NCBI GenBank assembly: GCA_013239625.1
Contig: MU053652.1
Coordinates: 3,647,902-3,711,901, forward strand
Reading direction: 5' to 3'
DNA: 64,000 bases
DNA from: Lama guanicoe
Taxonomy: Eukaryota
Under the pieces are notes generated by a model. That model was not told the origin of the DNA. It saw only the letters and a list, made by a program, of their open reading frames with translations, and made no database searches. Below, one piece after another: positions 26,591 to 39,886 of the stretch; the first letter of the stretch is position 1; each line of letters starts with the position of its first letter. A program made the translations under genes and the position numbers.

Positions 26591-27303
26591 GAGATAGAGC
26601 TATTGATACAGCGATTCACGTAGGTTAAGATTTGTTTGGAACTAGTACTTAGTTATTTCTTAGAACTTGTGATTCTAAATGTTCTTTTTGCATATTCCTT
26701 TCTGGAAAGTTAATTTTCACAAATAATGATTGAAAGAGACCCTAGAATTTCAGTCTTACGTGAAACATAGCCTGCATAAAGTTGGCCAAACACTTGTAGG
26801 AAGTTCCTTTTTATGCATGAAACTCTATTCTTCAGGAACCTGTAATGCAGCCAGATAAGCCTTCTGGATCATAGCGAGAATTTTCACTTAGTCTTATTGA
26901 CCATCATTATTTTCTGCTGGTTGATCTACTATTTCAACTCAACAACAGTTGAGTTAAATACTATTAATGTAATGTGATATCCTCATGTGAAAACCGATTC
27001 AGAATAATCACAGCTGAGTCATTTAGGCTGTAGTACATTAAAAAAAATTTGTTGATTGATGTAGCTGTAAAGGACTATTTAAAAAACTATATATTTTTAT
27101 TTTTAAAACTATTTTTTTGGATTTTCTATGGGGGTAAGACTTCTCTTCTCACAAACCCGTTCTGTACCTTTCCCTGCCCTAGGCTACTTAAACATTATTG
27201 GGCTTAATGGGAATCAGAATACTGAGTAGCTAAACATTGAGCAGTAGCTCTATTACTTGTCAGCAGTCTTACCTTGGAAGGTGTCACAGACTGGCCTTTT
27301 CTT

Positions 27304-27827
27304 TTTTTTTTTTNNNNNNNNNNNNNNNNNNNNNNNNNNNNNNNNNNNNNNNNNNNNNNNNNNNNNNNNNNNNNNNNNNNNNNGATCTCATATGGTATTT
27401 TTCTTTCTCTTTCTGGCTTACTTCACTTAGAATGACATTCTCTAGGAGCATCCATGTTGCTGCAAATGGCGTTATGTTGTCGGTTTTTATGGCTGAGTAG
27501 TATTCCATTGTATAAATATACCACATCTTCTTTATCCAGTCACCTATTGATGGACATTTAGGCTGTTTCCATGTTTTGGCTATTGTAAATAGTGCTGCTA
27601 TGAACATTGGGGTGCAGGTGTCATCCTGAAGTAGATTTCCTTTCCTTCTGGAGCCCAGGAGTGGGATTCCTGGGTCATATGGTAAGTCTATTCCTAGTCT
27701 TTTGAGGAATCTCCACACTGTTTTCCATAGTGGCTGCACCAAACTGCATTCCCACCAGCAGTGTAGGATGGTTCCCCTTTCTCCACAGCCTCTCCAGCAT
27801 TTGTCATTTTTGGATTTTTGAATGATG
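27304..27827 (-). mobile_element. young 5'-truncated L1 (ORF2 C-terminus with CCHC motif), inserted into a MIR; 3' UTR lies in an N gap
   Basis: ORF-track peptide [18 protein letters not shown]...[24 protein letters not shown]...WYIYTMEYYSAIK. TSD CAGACTGGCC[T/A]TTTCTT at 27287-27303 and 27828-27844. MIR halves on both sides. Confidence 0.95.
27314..27383. other. assembly gap (70 N)
   Basis: Run of n following a poly(T) tract. Confidence 1.
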
Positions 27828-28046
27828 CAGACTGGCCATTTCTTCATCATTGTAGTGGGAAAAAAACACCTGCATGATAAGGTCATTGAGGATTAAATGA
27901 AGTAACACATACTAACATCTCTTGGTAGAGGCCTGGTGAGTATTTGGTGCCCATTAATCTTCTGCTACCCTGTGGGGTAAATATGATTATCTCCACTTTT
28001 GTACATGGGGGGAAAACAAGCCTTAGAGAATGTCGCTTGTTGTAGG

Positions 28047-28150
28047 CTGGTGCTTCTCAAACTTTTATATGCATGCAAATTAACGGGGGGACCATTTTAA
28101 AATGCAGATTCTGCATTTCTAACAAGCTCACCACCTTGAGTAGTTAGGGC
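28047..28150. mobile_element. MER5A-like hAT MITE (internally deleted) nested in an antisense MIR
   Basis: gtgcttctcaaactt...taaaatgcagattctgcatttctaacaagctc...ttgagtag. Confidence 0.65.
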
Positions 28151-28824
28151 CCTAGGCTACTTACCTAGGAAGTGGTGGAGCTGGGCCTGAAACCCAGGTT
28201 TGCTCTATTCCAAAGCCGCCTCCCATCCTATAGAACCTTCCTAACTCTCATTGGTGGAACAAAGGTTTTGTTGAGGGACCTGCAAGTTGGTTATTTAATA
28301 ATTTCTTAGATTAATAAGAATCTGAAGTTGCATTTTATTTATTAGCTCAACATTTACTTAGAACATTTTATGTGCTATATCTACCCTTTTTAAAGAAGTG
28401 TAGGGCTAGATAAAAGGGGAATATTAACTTCATGTTGTCTACTGGACTGTTATTTGGGGTGTCATCACCTTACATGTAGATGTCCCATATTGCTCTTACC
28501 CCACCCCCAGTCTGCTCCTCTCCTGCCTTCCCTTTCATTTTTGTTAGAACAGTGTCATCTCCCAGGTTGGAAACAACAGATATTCTTGCCCCTCATGTAT
28601 AATTAGTCATGAAGTTCGTTCAGTTCTTAGAAATCACGTTGAAATGTGGCTTCCTCTCTAGCCCTCTGCTCCCCATCAGCTCTTACCTGTTCTTGCTCAT
28701 CAGTTCCCTACTGGCCTTCCTCCCACCACTGTTTCCTAACTGCTGTGTAGTCTCACTGGAGCTAATCTTCCTAAATCAGGACAAGCCTGAGCACACTACA
28801 CCCCTCCCCAAAAGCTCTGGTCTG

Positions 28825-29030
28825 TATAGACAGAAGATACAGACTTTAACTAGACTGCTTGGGTTTCATCCCTAGCTCTCCAGTTTACTGGCTCTGAGAG
28901 CCTGAGTGGGTTACTTAGCCTGTCTTTGTAATAATAACTTGTCTCCTTGGGCTGTTGTGAGGGTTATGAGTTAGTGCAAAAGGCTTAGAATGGTGCTCGG
29001 TGCATTGTAAGTGCTGAAAGGGCTGGCTGC
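28825..29030 (+). mobile_element. MIR
   Basis: agactgcttgggtttcatccctagctctccagtttactggct...gggctgttgtgaggg...gcttagaatggtgctcgg...taagtgct. Confidence 0.75.
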
Positions 29031-29334
29031 TGTGAATATTTGTGATGAAAAGCGAAGTAGCAATTGTTTTTAATTGGGAAGGGTCTATACCAGCATAGAA
29101 GCTGGGCTGAATGCTATCTTTGGAACAAATTATAAGTTGTTAATACCCTCATTAGCAATTGCTAACATCAGTATATTAAAGACCTTAAGCATATTAATGG
29201 TGAAAAGTAATTGCGTACTTAACTTTTTTCAAAATTGAGGAACTGTAATTTCAGCTTTGTAGGTTAGTAACTAAGGTTGATTAGACTAACAGATGTACCT
29301 TGTGAAATCTGAGGTTACTGTTTTGGAGTATTAA

Positions 29335-29495
29335 TGATAATAGCAAATACTGAGCCTTTCCTTAATCCTGTAACATATTTGCTGTTACTCCCTTTTTTAC
29401 ATTGAGGACAACCAAGGCCCAGAGAGGTTAAGTGATGCCCAAGACCCATGTGGCATCTTGAGGTTCCTACTAATGAGCCCACTCTTTAACCACTA
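29335..29495 (-). mobile_element. MIR fragment
   Basis: ttttacattgaggacaaccaaggcccagagaggttaagtga...ctcttt aaccacta. Confidence 0.75.
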
Positions 29496-30729
29496 GAATT
29501 CCAGACTTATGGTGAAATCTCTATTCTTGGAAAAGAGCCCTCTTCCTTTGGGGAGGCAGAGCTCTGAAACTCGGTGACTTGGTGAAACTGAGTGGCAGAG
29601 AGTTGGTTGATAGCACTTCTCTGCCATCCTGTCAGTCTCCAACATGTGCCTCTTCAGTCCTGGATTTTTCTTTCTAATGCTGGTTAGATACTTTCTGTTT
29701 CTTTTAAAGTGATATTAGTGGTTCCTTTTTTAACAAAAGTTCATTATTTCAGGCAGAGTGCAGTCAGGTCCTGTTCCCTGTCTGGCTTCCTTCTGTCAGC
29801 TGGAATAATCGTGAGTCACCTTCCTTTGCCGTCCAGCCAGCGTATGCTCAGGGAATGCGTACTACCTGATCAAGCCTAAGCGTGAGGAAGGTAAATTCGC
29901 AAGGGACAACATGCAGATACAAGTATTCATCTAGATGTGTTTGAACATGTTGAGACAGTTCTGTCAGTCGAGGGACAAATAGTGATAGATACTTTGGTTT
30001 CTTATTTGCATAGTTTTTTGAGGCAGTGATTATTTCCTTGGGGGAAAGAAACCGAAAAGAAAAAACTTAATCATATGATACCATATGGCCCAGCAGTGAA
30101 TAATATTTACTTGGTCATTAAATTACTACAAGATCTCTCATTTGTCTTAAAAAGTCTATGGCTTTTGGTAAATTGGAGATTAACATATTTCTTTAAATGT
30201 TGAATACCTTGTTAAAGGATTCAAATCTATAATTCTTTTGAGAGAATTCATTATTTTGTACGCTGTAACAGCAAAAGTAGTTTGGTCCAAGGAGCTATTT
30301 AAAATGTCAGGTCCAGCCAAGAAATAAGAAATTAACCTCACAACCTATTTGGGGCATAAATTTAGAGTTACAAGTGCCTTGGGTATTTAGAGAGGTAGGT
30401 AAGATACTGCTCCTGTCTTTTGAGTGGTGACATGTCATACTAAACTTTTCCTGGTTTTCAGCTTTTTCTGCCCAGACTCTGGAGTTAACCTGTCCCGTGA
30501 GTTAAGTGAAATTTAATTGGCTAGCCTTGTCTTTGGGATAGTTAATGAAAGGTGCTTCATATCCTAGTGCGTTTTTGTTCATGAATCTTGGAGGGCCACC
30601 TTCAGATTCAGGTGTTGTGTTAGAGAGGCAAGAAGGAAGTTCAGTAGAGTTGAATTGGTGAGAAAGAGCACTGAGCAATTTGAAGTGCATATGGCAATTG
30701 GGGTAGTGTTTAAAGATTAACTTTGTTTC

Positions 30730-31215
30730 ACTTGAAAAGCTTTAATATCAACGTTGGTGAGAGTATGAGGAAAACAAGTTGGCTTATATGACAGTGGCTA
30801 GAAAGTAACTGTACGCAGCCCTTTTTAAGGACATTTAGGTACTATCAAACTTAGGTATATATCCCTTTGACTCAAAAGTTCCAATTATTGAAATTGCAAG
30901 CAGAAACTTGAAAAAGTACAGCAAGAGACATGTACTGAAATGTTCATTGTAACATTGTAATAGCAAAACACTGACAACAACCTACCTGTTCACTAATGGG
31001 TGCAGGCATTTTTTTTTTAAGGAAGCTGAGATATATGTACTAATAAAGATGTACTCCATATAACATGATGAAAAGTGTTTACAGGACAGTTTACACCTGT
31101 GTGTCTGAGTGTACATAATGATATGAATATATATATAAACATTAATATATAAAATATGTAAACAATAGTAATATCTGGGCAGTGGGATTAAAGGGTTAGG
31201 GGAATGGGAGGTTGC
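30730..31215 (+). mobile_element. old L1ME-type fragment (sense)
   Basis: gttggtgagagtatgagga, ccctttgactc, atgttcattgtaacattgtaatagcaaaacactg and a G-rich 3' end. Confidence 0.6.
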
Positions 31216-31941
31216 TCTAAGCTGTACTCACATTTTAAAAGACAAAAAGACTAAAACTCAGTATTTCACCAGATGAGCTTGCTTACTTATATTGAAAGGC
31301 ATTCTCAGAACTGCACTCTGCCCTGTGGTGGTGGCACCAGCACGCTGTTTGTCTCACTTAGTGGCACCTGAGCCTATCAGTCCTACTTGTCCCCATGGTA
31401 CAAACGTGGGAGAGGGAAACCTAATAGTTTTGTCACCTTTTCAATGCCAAATTTTCTTGCTATATATACACCACTGTTGTGTATGTCTGGGTTTGTTTTC
31501 TCTTTGTTTTGCTGAATAGCTGGGTTTTTCCCCCCAACACTGCTTAATTATTCAGGAAAGACTCCTTGTGAGAAACTTGATTTTTTGGTTTCCTACTAAT
31601 AGCTCATAACAATACAGCCTTTATTCCCTTACTGTTTGTGCATATTTAAATCTCAAACTTCTGTTTACTTTAAATTATTGGGCTTGTTTCCATATCACTT
31701 ATCACTTTCGTATCTCTGAACTGTCCCTGACAACCCATTTCTTACTATGTGTTAGTCATTTTTGTGGGTCTCCAGCTAGCAGTCTTACTAGCATGGCAAG
31801 AAAGCTTCCTTTCTCAGCTCTATCACCTGTTACTTGTATGATGCTTAAAATATCTCCAGCCACCCTTGTGGTTGTATCACATTACACACCTAGTTTTAAG
31901 TCTACTTTCACCTCACATCTCTTGACTTTCCAGGGTTTTCT

Positions 31942-32707
31942 TTTTTTATTGAAGTACAGTCAGTTACAATGTGTCGATTTCTCGTGGTCAGCACAGTGTC
32001 CCAGTCATGCATGCACATACATATATTCATTTTCATATTTTTTTAATTAAAGGTTATTACAAGATATTGAATATAGTTCCCTGTGCTATACAAAAGAAAT
32101 GAAAAAAATTTTTTTGATCTATTTTTATATATAGTGGCTAACATTTGTAGATCTCAAACTCCCGAATTTATCCCCTTCCACCCCCTTTTCCTGGTAACCA
32201 TAAGATTGTTTACTAAGTATGCAAGTCTCTTTCTGTTTTGTAGATGAGTTCCTAGTGTCTTTTTTTTTTATTCCACATACGAGTGATATCATACGAAATT
32301 TTTTTCTCTTTCTGGCTTCTTCACTTAGAATGACATTCTCCAGATCCATCCATGTTGCTGCAAATGGCATTATTTTATTCTTTTTTATGGCAGAGTAGTA
32401 TTCCATTCTGTAAATATACCACAACTTCTTTATCCAGTGATCTGTCAGTGGACATTTAGGTTGCTTCCATGTCTTGGCTGTTGAATATAGTGCTGCTATG
32501 AACATTGAGATGCATGTATCTTTTCGCATTGGAGTTCCCTCCAGATATATACCCAGAAGTGGGATTGCTGGATCATATGGTAAGTCTATTTTTAGTTTTT
32601 TGAGGAATCTCCGTATTGTTTTCCATAATGGCTGCCCCAAACTACATTCCCACCAGCAGTGTAGGAGGGTTCCCTTTTCTCCACACCCTCTCAGCATTTA
32701 TCATTCG
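31942..32707 (-). mobile_element. 5'-truncated L1 (ORF2 C-terminus plus 3' UTR)
   Basis: ORF-track peptide [15 protein letters not shown]...[14 protein letters not shown]...WYIYRMEYYSAIKKN. Poly(A) signal reads tttatt on +. TSD TGACTTT[C/T]C[A/T]GGGTTTTCT at 31923-31941 and 32708-32726. Confidence 0.95.
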
Positions 32708-33050
32708 TGACTTTTCTGGGTTTTCTGCTTATTCAGTCATATTGGTGTTTTCTTATGATAGGGTGTTTTCTTTAAAAGCAACTTTTTCTGTTTTAAAATT
32801 TCATTTCTTTTGCTTATTTTCACTATGGACTTTTTTTTTAAAGCAGTATTCCAGTTTCTGTTGAAATTTTTTATCCCAGTTTTTTCATCGTAATTATTCA
32901 TAAAGATAATAAAGACAGCTTATAATAGCTACTTGAACATATCTAATGGGATATTTGCCTACTAACTATGCTTTCATATAGCTTTTAAGGAGAATTTCAA
33001 TTAAGAAGACACTGCTGTTTTCCATATTACTTAGATTACTTTTTAATCCT

Positions 33051-33108
33051 TTTTTTAAATTGAAGTATAGTCGGTTTACAGTGTTGCATTAATTTCTTGT
33101 GTGTAGCA
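33051..33108 (-). mobile_element. about 55-bp L1 3' terminus
   Basis: ttttaaattgaagtatagtcggtttacagtgttg matches the other L1 3' ends. TSD TTTAAT[C/G]CTTTTT at 33042-33054 and 33109-33121. Confidence 0.7.
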
Positions 33109-35607
33109 TTTAATGCTTTTTTAAAAACACTTGTTTTTCCAAGCCTTTATTAAACTTCCAACAGATAATTGCTGCTACCTCTCAAGTCCTCCAAATGAGT
33201 AATAGAAACTGGACTCAATTGAATAAAGGCATATTCCTTTGTCTTGGAACACAGAGTTCTCTATGTGGTGGACTGCAGCTTAATTTGGTGTTCTATCCAG
33301 TGTATTCATCTGTAGTTCTGCTTTTTTTCAGTATAAAATCTTAACAATGATCTTGAACCTGTTTCTTATTTTTTGTACATGTATTACTTTAAAGACCCTG
33401 CGTATGTGCTACTCACTTCCCCCTTATCATTTTTATGAAATAGAGATTTAAGTTATTAATATTTGACACCTGCAATTTCTAGTGACTGTGGAATATTAAA
33501 GAGAACAGGAGGCATTGGTCATTCATGTTTTGGAGAAGTGAGGGAGTGAGGAGGCACTGTGACCAGAGCTCTAGAACAGTGGTTTATAAGGACAAACTAG
33601 TTGTTATCTCTCCCTCTTTCTTCTGGGTTTAAAGAGCTTGCTTTAAGAAATTCTCTTGGAGGTTATTGAAGTCATAACATTACAGTGGGGAATCCTTGGT
33701 CTCTACAGACACATACTCATGATTAGCCAGTACAGGAAAAGAGGAAGAAGAGCTATGGCCTGTGTTGTGGACCTGGGTCTTTCCATAGTTAGCTCCAAGA
33801 CTTCAAGGTGCATTGACTGTTCTTTTTTGTTTTTTTTAAAGTGGATGACCATATATCCAAGATCTCCTCCTTCTCATTTCTGTGACCCATTGTTTTCCAC
33901 TTTTCCATAATCTTCATCTGCTGAATGGGTACAACTGCTTGGTGTTAAGTTTTACACATCACTCTGCAGTTGTAATGTACTGTATATCACTTGGAGAGTG
34001 CCAAAGAAAGTATTTCCTTTGAAGTGTCACTGTTTACAGTGAGTGATTCACATATGCCTTAATTGGAGTGTCTGTGGGTAAGGATTATTGAACACTTGAT
34101 TAACTTAATTCTGTTTTCATTGAGTGGCATTATAGCCTGCATACCAGGTGTTAGGGTAAGAACTGGTCTACTGTGTTTAAATTGAGTAAAGGAAGTAAAG
34201 TTCTCAAGGATTTTCCAAGAAGAGAACAACACTGGAAACGTGAATACAAATACACTGCATAGGTATTCCATAATGATACTGAGAAGTAAGTGATACTTAA
34301 CTGAGAAGTTGCTTCATGATGCCCTGTACTGTGAATGGCTTAGTGAAGAAGCATACAGCCCAAAAAGGGGAGGTAGAATGTGTTTTAAATAGATGTTTCC
34401 ATTGGGATTTTGCAGACAGCCCCTCAACTGTTTTCATGTTTCTGTATCATCTCTGGGGAAATTATATGTTGCCTGTGACTACGAAGTTTTCAGGTGCTGT
34501 TGTCATCCATAAGGTTGTGATTCGTTTGTTTTTCTCCTCCAGCCTACTGTGATTAGGTAGTCTGCCTTTGGAATGACAGGGTTCTTCCTGTTTGCCTCCC
34601 TGGCATGTGGACATAGTTTCATCTACCGCCACACGGAGGACAGGAAAACCAGAAGCTGTAATTGAGTACTGGTATCTTGTAATGTGTCCTACCTTCTAAA
34701 ATTTTTCCCCAAAACAGTTTTTAAACAATTTTTCTGGGTCATTTATTTCGATTTTCATTGTGGGCTTGATGTCTCTGGTGTGTCTTGTGTCTTGAGAATC
34801 TTGCTAGTTTTAATTTTTTCTGTGTAGTTCAAAGTTGTATTGCAAGTTTACAGATTTAAACTGGATGTTTGATTAGCTGGTAATTCTTTGGCAGTGACTG
34901 TCCCTTTTCCACAGAAGTATAGTGTAGTTAAACGTATACAGTCTTCTGATTAAAAAAAAAAGAAATGATAGACATTAGAAAATAAAAAAATAATCTTATT
35001 AAAATTTTCAAGTGTACTCAAAATTAAAGATTAGTTTAATGACTCCCCATTACTCAAATTAAAGTTTTGCAATTATCAGTATTTTCTCACACGTCTGTTT
35101 TTCTTTCATCTTTCTGAAGTATCTTAGGGCAAATCCCAGACGTTGTTGTTTAACACCTACACATATCAATAGCCCCTCTTAAAAATATGGACATTTTCTT
35201 AAATAACCATCATGCCATTATCACACTTAAGAAATAAGCACTTCTTTTGGAAGATGCTTTATTTTTAACATGCCGTGGGTTTTGCCTTGGAATCAAGCTA
35301 TAACAAGCCAAATTGTGAAAACTAAGCTTTTCATTAATATTTCATGTGTTATTTACAAGTAATATACTGTATAATTAACTAATACATTGTTAATTTATAT
35401 ATATGGATTTGTACATTTTCAGTTAAAAATAAACAAGGCGTTGTTCCCATAAAATAGCAAAGCAGCAAAGTTTGTGTATTAAAAAACGGTTTCTATTTTA
35501 TCAGTAGCCTCCTAAATATTTGGTGCTTAACTGGAATTTGAACTTCTTAAAAAGTGTAAGTCTTATTTCTATTTTGACTGTATTTTCTTGATCTCAAGAT
35601 GGTGTCA

Positions 35608-36040
35608 TTTTTTAAAATTTATTTTTTATTGAAATGTTGATTTACAGTTTCAGTTACATAGCAAAGCAATTCAGTTATACATATACATTCATATATATAC
35701 ATATATTTTCAGATTCTTTTCCATTATATCTTATTACAAGAAATTGAATATAGTTCCCTGTGCTGTACAGTAGGTCCTTGTTGTTTATGTATTTTATATA
35801 TAGTAGTGTGTCTCTGTTAACCCAAGCTCCTAATTTATTCCTCCTCCCCTCTTTCCTCTTTGGTAACCATAGTTTGTTTCTGTGTCCATGAGTCTATTTC
35901 TGGTTTGTAAATAAAAATTTGTATAGATTACACATATAAGTGATATCATATGGTATTTCTTTCTCTGATTTACTTCACTTAATATGATAATCTCTAGGTC
36001 TGTCCACGTTGCTGCAAATGACATTATTTCATTATTTTTC
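35608..36040 (-). mobile_element. 5'-truncated L1 3' end
   Basis: ORF-track peptide FAATWTDLEIIILSEVNQ..KYHMISLIC. 3' UTR similar to the 31942 copy. No clear TSD. Confidence 0.9.
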
Positions 36041-37774
36041 TGTATTTCCCTTTGGTTCTCTCTCTCACTTCTGCAGCTGGGTCTGACTTTGTAAACCTGT
36101 TGTATACAACATTTTGTTGGGGTTGGAGTGGGGCTTAGATTTTCTGTATATTTTTCTGATACACTTCCTTTTTCTAAAACCTATTTGAAAAAAATGTTTT
36201 CCGTAACTTATGACTCTTAATTTTTCTTTTGAGTGTTTTACTTTGTTATTTGGGAATCTGGTAGCAGAATAATGTATCTAGGGAAAAGCTAAGTTATGAT
36301 TTTCCCATTTAAAAAAATAACATTTTCTTAGATCTTGCCAGTGTTTACTTTGATTTCTGACATGGAAGCTTTAAATGAAAGCATGACTTAAGAACAACAA
36401 CAAAAAAAAATTCCTTTCCAAAGGCAAGTGTGATTTATAGTCTGCTGGGTGGTAGTGAACATGCATGCTGTTTAAATTTTTGGACATTCTTATGTAAAAT
36501 TAAATACATGTATGCTACTTTTTATCCCTTAGATAATGAGTATTTAAGTATTCAGTATGGTACAGTAAGTTGTCAGTTTTTTTTTGTTTTGCTTTTGGAC
36601 AATACGTATTTATTTTGAAAAAGCTTTTTTCTTTCTGCTACTGCACTTCCTTTCTTCTTCCTTTTCTGCTGTTTTTAAAGTCACCTCTCCTTGAAGGGTG
36701 GAAAGGAGCTGGGGGCATTTGCCAAGAAGCCCCCAGGCCTGGCAGCCCCAGCTCTGCCTGTCTGGAGGTGGATACATTGGATTGAACTGTGAAAAAACTG
36801 TTTTTAAATAAGTGATACCTCCTTCACTTCACAGTTGTTGGGCTTAGTTGCAACCCACAAACAGCTAAAAAATTAGGTATTTTACTTATTGGAGAATGTC
36901 TTGTTTAGAATTATTTAACCTTATTTTTTAAATAAAATTTCATCAACTTTGGTTACCTGATTTTTATAGTCTACCATAGATACATTTTAAGGAATAGTGC
37001 CCAGTAACAGCTCTGAACCTGTCTAAAGAAGGAAGAGAAACTAGGAAAAGGACTTACCAACCCCTTCAGTCTAGCAGTATGGGGAATATCTGTTTCAGAA
37101 ATTAAGTATATACCTTGTAGTTCCTAAGGGCATCATTGCATTCTGTAGTACCAAATAACAGCTGTTATTCCTGATGATGACTTAACATCAGGAGAGCAGT
37201 TTTTTTGTTTGCTGCTTCTTGTTGTTTTCAGTATTCTGCTTAAGAATGTAGAAGGAAACTTAATTTTTTAGATAATGTTAGAGTAGTGTTACGTAAGTAA
37301 ATTTTACTCACGTGGAAATTTAGTCAGAATTTTGTATATTTATTTTACATTAAAAAAACTGAATTCTTGTTTTGTCTGTTGCTGGGCCAGGAACCTGTTG
37401 TGGATAGGTCATTTCATCTTCAACATTTCTGTGAGTGAGGTAGTAGCCCCTCCCCAAAGCACACCCCTGACTCCCCCCTGCTTTTTATCCTAGAGGTTAG
37501 GAAACAGTCTCAGAGTTACGTGATATACAAGATGACTCCTTTTAAATCACGAGGTTTCCAAGCTGCTTATAGCATACTGCCCCTTGGTTTGTCCATTTAT
37601 ACTTCAGATTTAGTGTGTTTGAAACTGAACTTAGCATCTTCCATTAAAAAAAAAGTATTCATTCTGTCCTGTGTTCCACTTTGCCATTAATAGTGTCACA
37701 TCACTTCTCTGACAAGGCTGAGTCTATACTTAGATCTCAGACTGGCAGCTTCAGGTTAGGCCTGTCTTGCAGCT

Positions 37775-38020
37775 TCATTCATATATTCATTTTATACATA
37801 CTGATTGGGTGCCTGCTGTGTGCCAAGTGCTCATCTAGGCTCTAGGAATGTGGCAGTAAACAAAATAGACAATCCCCACCATTACGGAGCTTGCATTATA
37901 GTAGTAGGAGACAGATAAACTAAATGGGGTAAAATATGTAGTATATTAGTTGGTAGGAATGTAGCAGTATTGGTTGTACGTAGGGTGGTCCCAGAAGGCT
38001 TCAGTGAGAGAGGCATTGGA
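37775..38020 (-). mobile_element. L2 3' end nested within a sense L2 (~37590-38760)
   Basis: ttcattcat...attgggtgcctgctgtgtgccaagtgct...ctagg...aacaaaatagac...ggagcttgcatt. Confidence 0.7.
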
Positions 38021-39886
38021 GCATATCTGTTTTGTTTACATTTAGAAATTAGGAGATTGACATAGAAATCTCCTTTTTTGGTTTCTCATGAAACATTCTA
38101 GCAACGTTGGAGCTTTCTGCTGGCTGTGCTAGTGGCTAGTTAGTTGCAAAGCCTGTGAAAGTGTCTGCTTAATCCCTCGCCTCATTCCCATGGCTACTAC
38201 CTTAGTTGAGGCCTTGAATGTGTCTTTTCTTTTCTGCTTTAATTCTGCTTAACACACCTTCAGCCCATCATACACACCACAGCTTGGTTATCTTTGTAAA
38301 GCCCAGCTATGTGCACTATGCATAGAAATATACCAGCTCTCTCTCAGTTCACCAAATAAAATCCATGCTTTGGGGCCCTTTGTAATCTGGTCTTGGTCTA
38401 CTTTCTAATACTCCCCATGGTCCACTCCTCAAAATAAAAATGCACACTGCTCCCCAGTCTCTGGACCTATCCTGTGCTTTTCTGTCTTTGCTTTTAAATG
38501 CCTTCTCCCCACCTCTACATAATCACATGCTATTCTTTGGCCTGTGTAAATCCTTAACCTTCCCATAGCAAACCATCATTCTCTACCTGCAGCCTCTTCC
38601 TACTCTAGAAGTGCTTTATGCAAATTCTTTTTTTTGTATTTACTCCTTAACGTACAGATCTCTTGTTCTTTTGCTAAATTTAAAGCTTCTTGAAGGTAGG
38701 CTCTGTTTCAGAGTAGTTTTTGTTTGCCCTATGGTGCTTGTGTGGGAAGTTTGTACAATATTTAGTAAACCAACTTTAAATAGAAATGAAACCTGTGGTC
38801 TTGCATGGATTTAATTGATGCTAACACTGTATTCTCCATGGCTCAGCTTAATAGATTCCTATTAAGTCACATGAGAAGTATAAATACTTTTGGGGGGGAT
38901 ACAGGCAATAAAATTGCTGAGCTTAGGAGGTAATACATAAGTATGTATTTTTTTTGATTGCTCTTGACATTGTTGCCTCCCAGATTGAGATAAATGAATA
39001 AAAATGTGCCCTCATCTTTTATATATGTGTATTTCCCTCTTATTGCCTTTCATCTTTTTTCCTATGCTTATTTTCTCAGTAGCTTTTATTTCTGTTATTT
39101 TTATTGTTTCTCCTTTGAGTAAAAGTCTCCCCTCCTCCTAATATGAAGAGCACACATTAAAAAAAAACTATTTAAAAAGAATTTAAACTTTCATCTTAAC
39201 CAGGAGCCTTTGCTATTGTTCTCTGCCATTTTGTTTCTTATAATTTAAACAAAGGCACATCTGTAATTATTGTTTGCCCGGAGGCTATTTATTATGGATA
39301 TGCAAAAGCCATGCTCATCTTCCTTCATTGTGGTTGGATTTTCCTAGCCATCATTTTGAATCCATTCAAATTTGATTCTTCTGGAATTTGATTTGCTGTC
39401 TTGGCAGAGTATTCTCTTTAATCTCTCTTTGTTTTCTTAACAAACTTGCTATTTGTTTTCTTCCTCAAACTAAGTATTGGACCTCAGGAAGATGTTGAAT
39501 CATTTCATAAGCTCTAAAGAGAGCTATAATAGCTAAATTCTTCTAAATTGTTATGATTGTTAAATGCTAAAATTCTGATAGCTGACTACATTAATTTTTC
39601 AGAACTTTTACTATGGAAAATTTCAAACTAGAAAGAACAATATACTGAACCCCCACATACCCATCACTCAGCTTCAGTAATTATTGACTCAAGGTCAGTT
39701 TTCTTCTCCTGTACCCCTCCTAACTATCCACACGGGGTTATTTTAAAGCAAATCCTAGATATGTATTTTAATTAGTGAATATTTTGATTTTTATCTCTAA
39801 AAGAGGATGCTTTACAAACATAACCCCAAAGTATTATTTTTATAATTTTTGCACATTAATGGATTAATAGACTTACTGTATTTTTT

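Noticed and set aside
27284..27886. 200-aa minus-strand ORF
   Set aside because: L1 ORF2 C-terminal remnant running through an N gap and out of the element at both ends; not a gene.
32125..32697. 190-aa minus-strand ORF
   Set aside because: 5'-truncated L1 ORF2 remnant that frameshifts into the 3' UTR; no endonuclease/RT domain or promoter.
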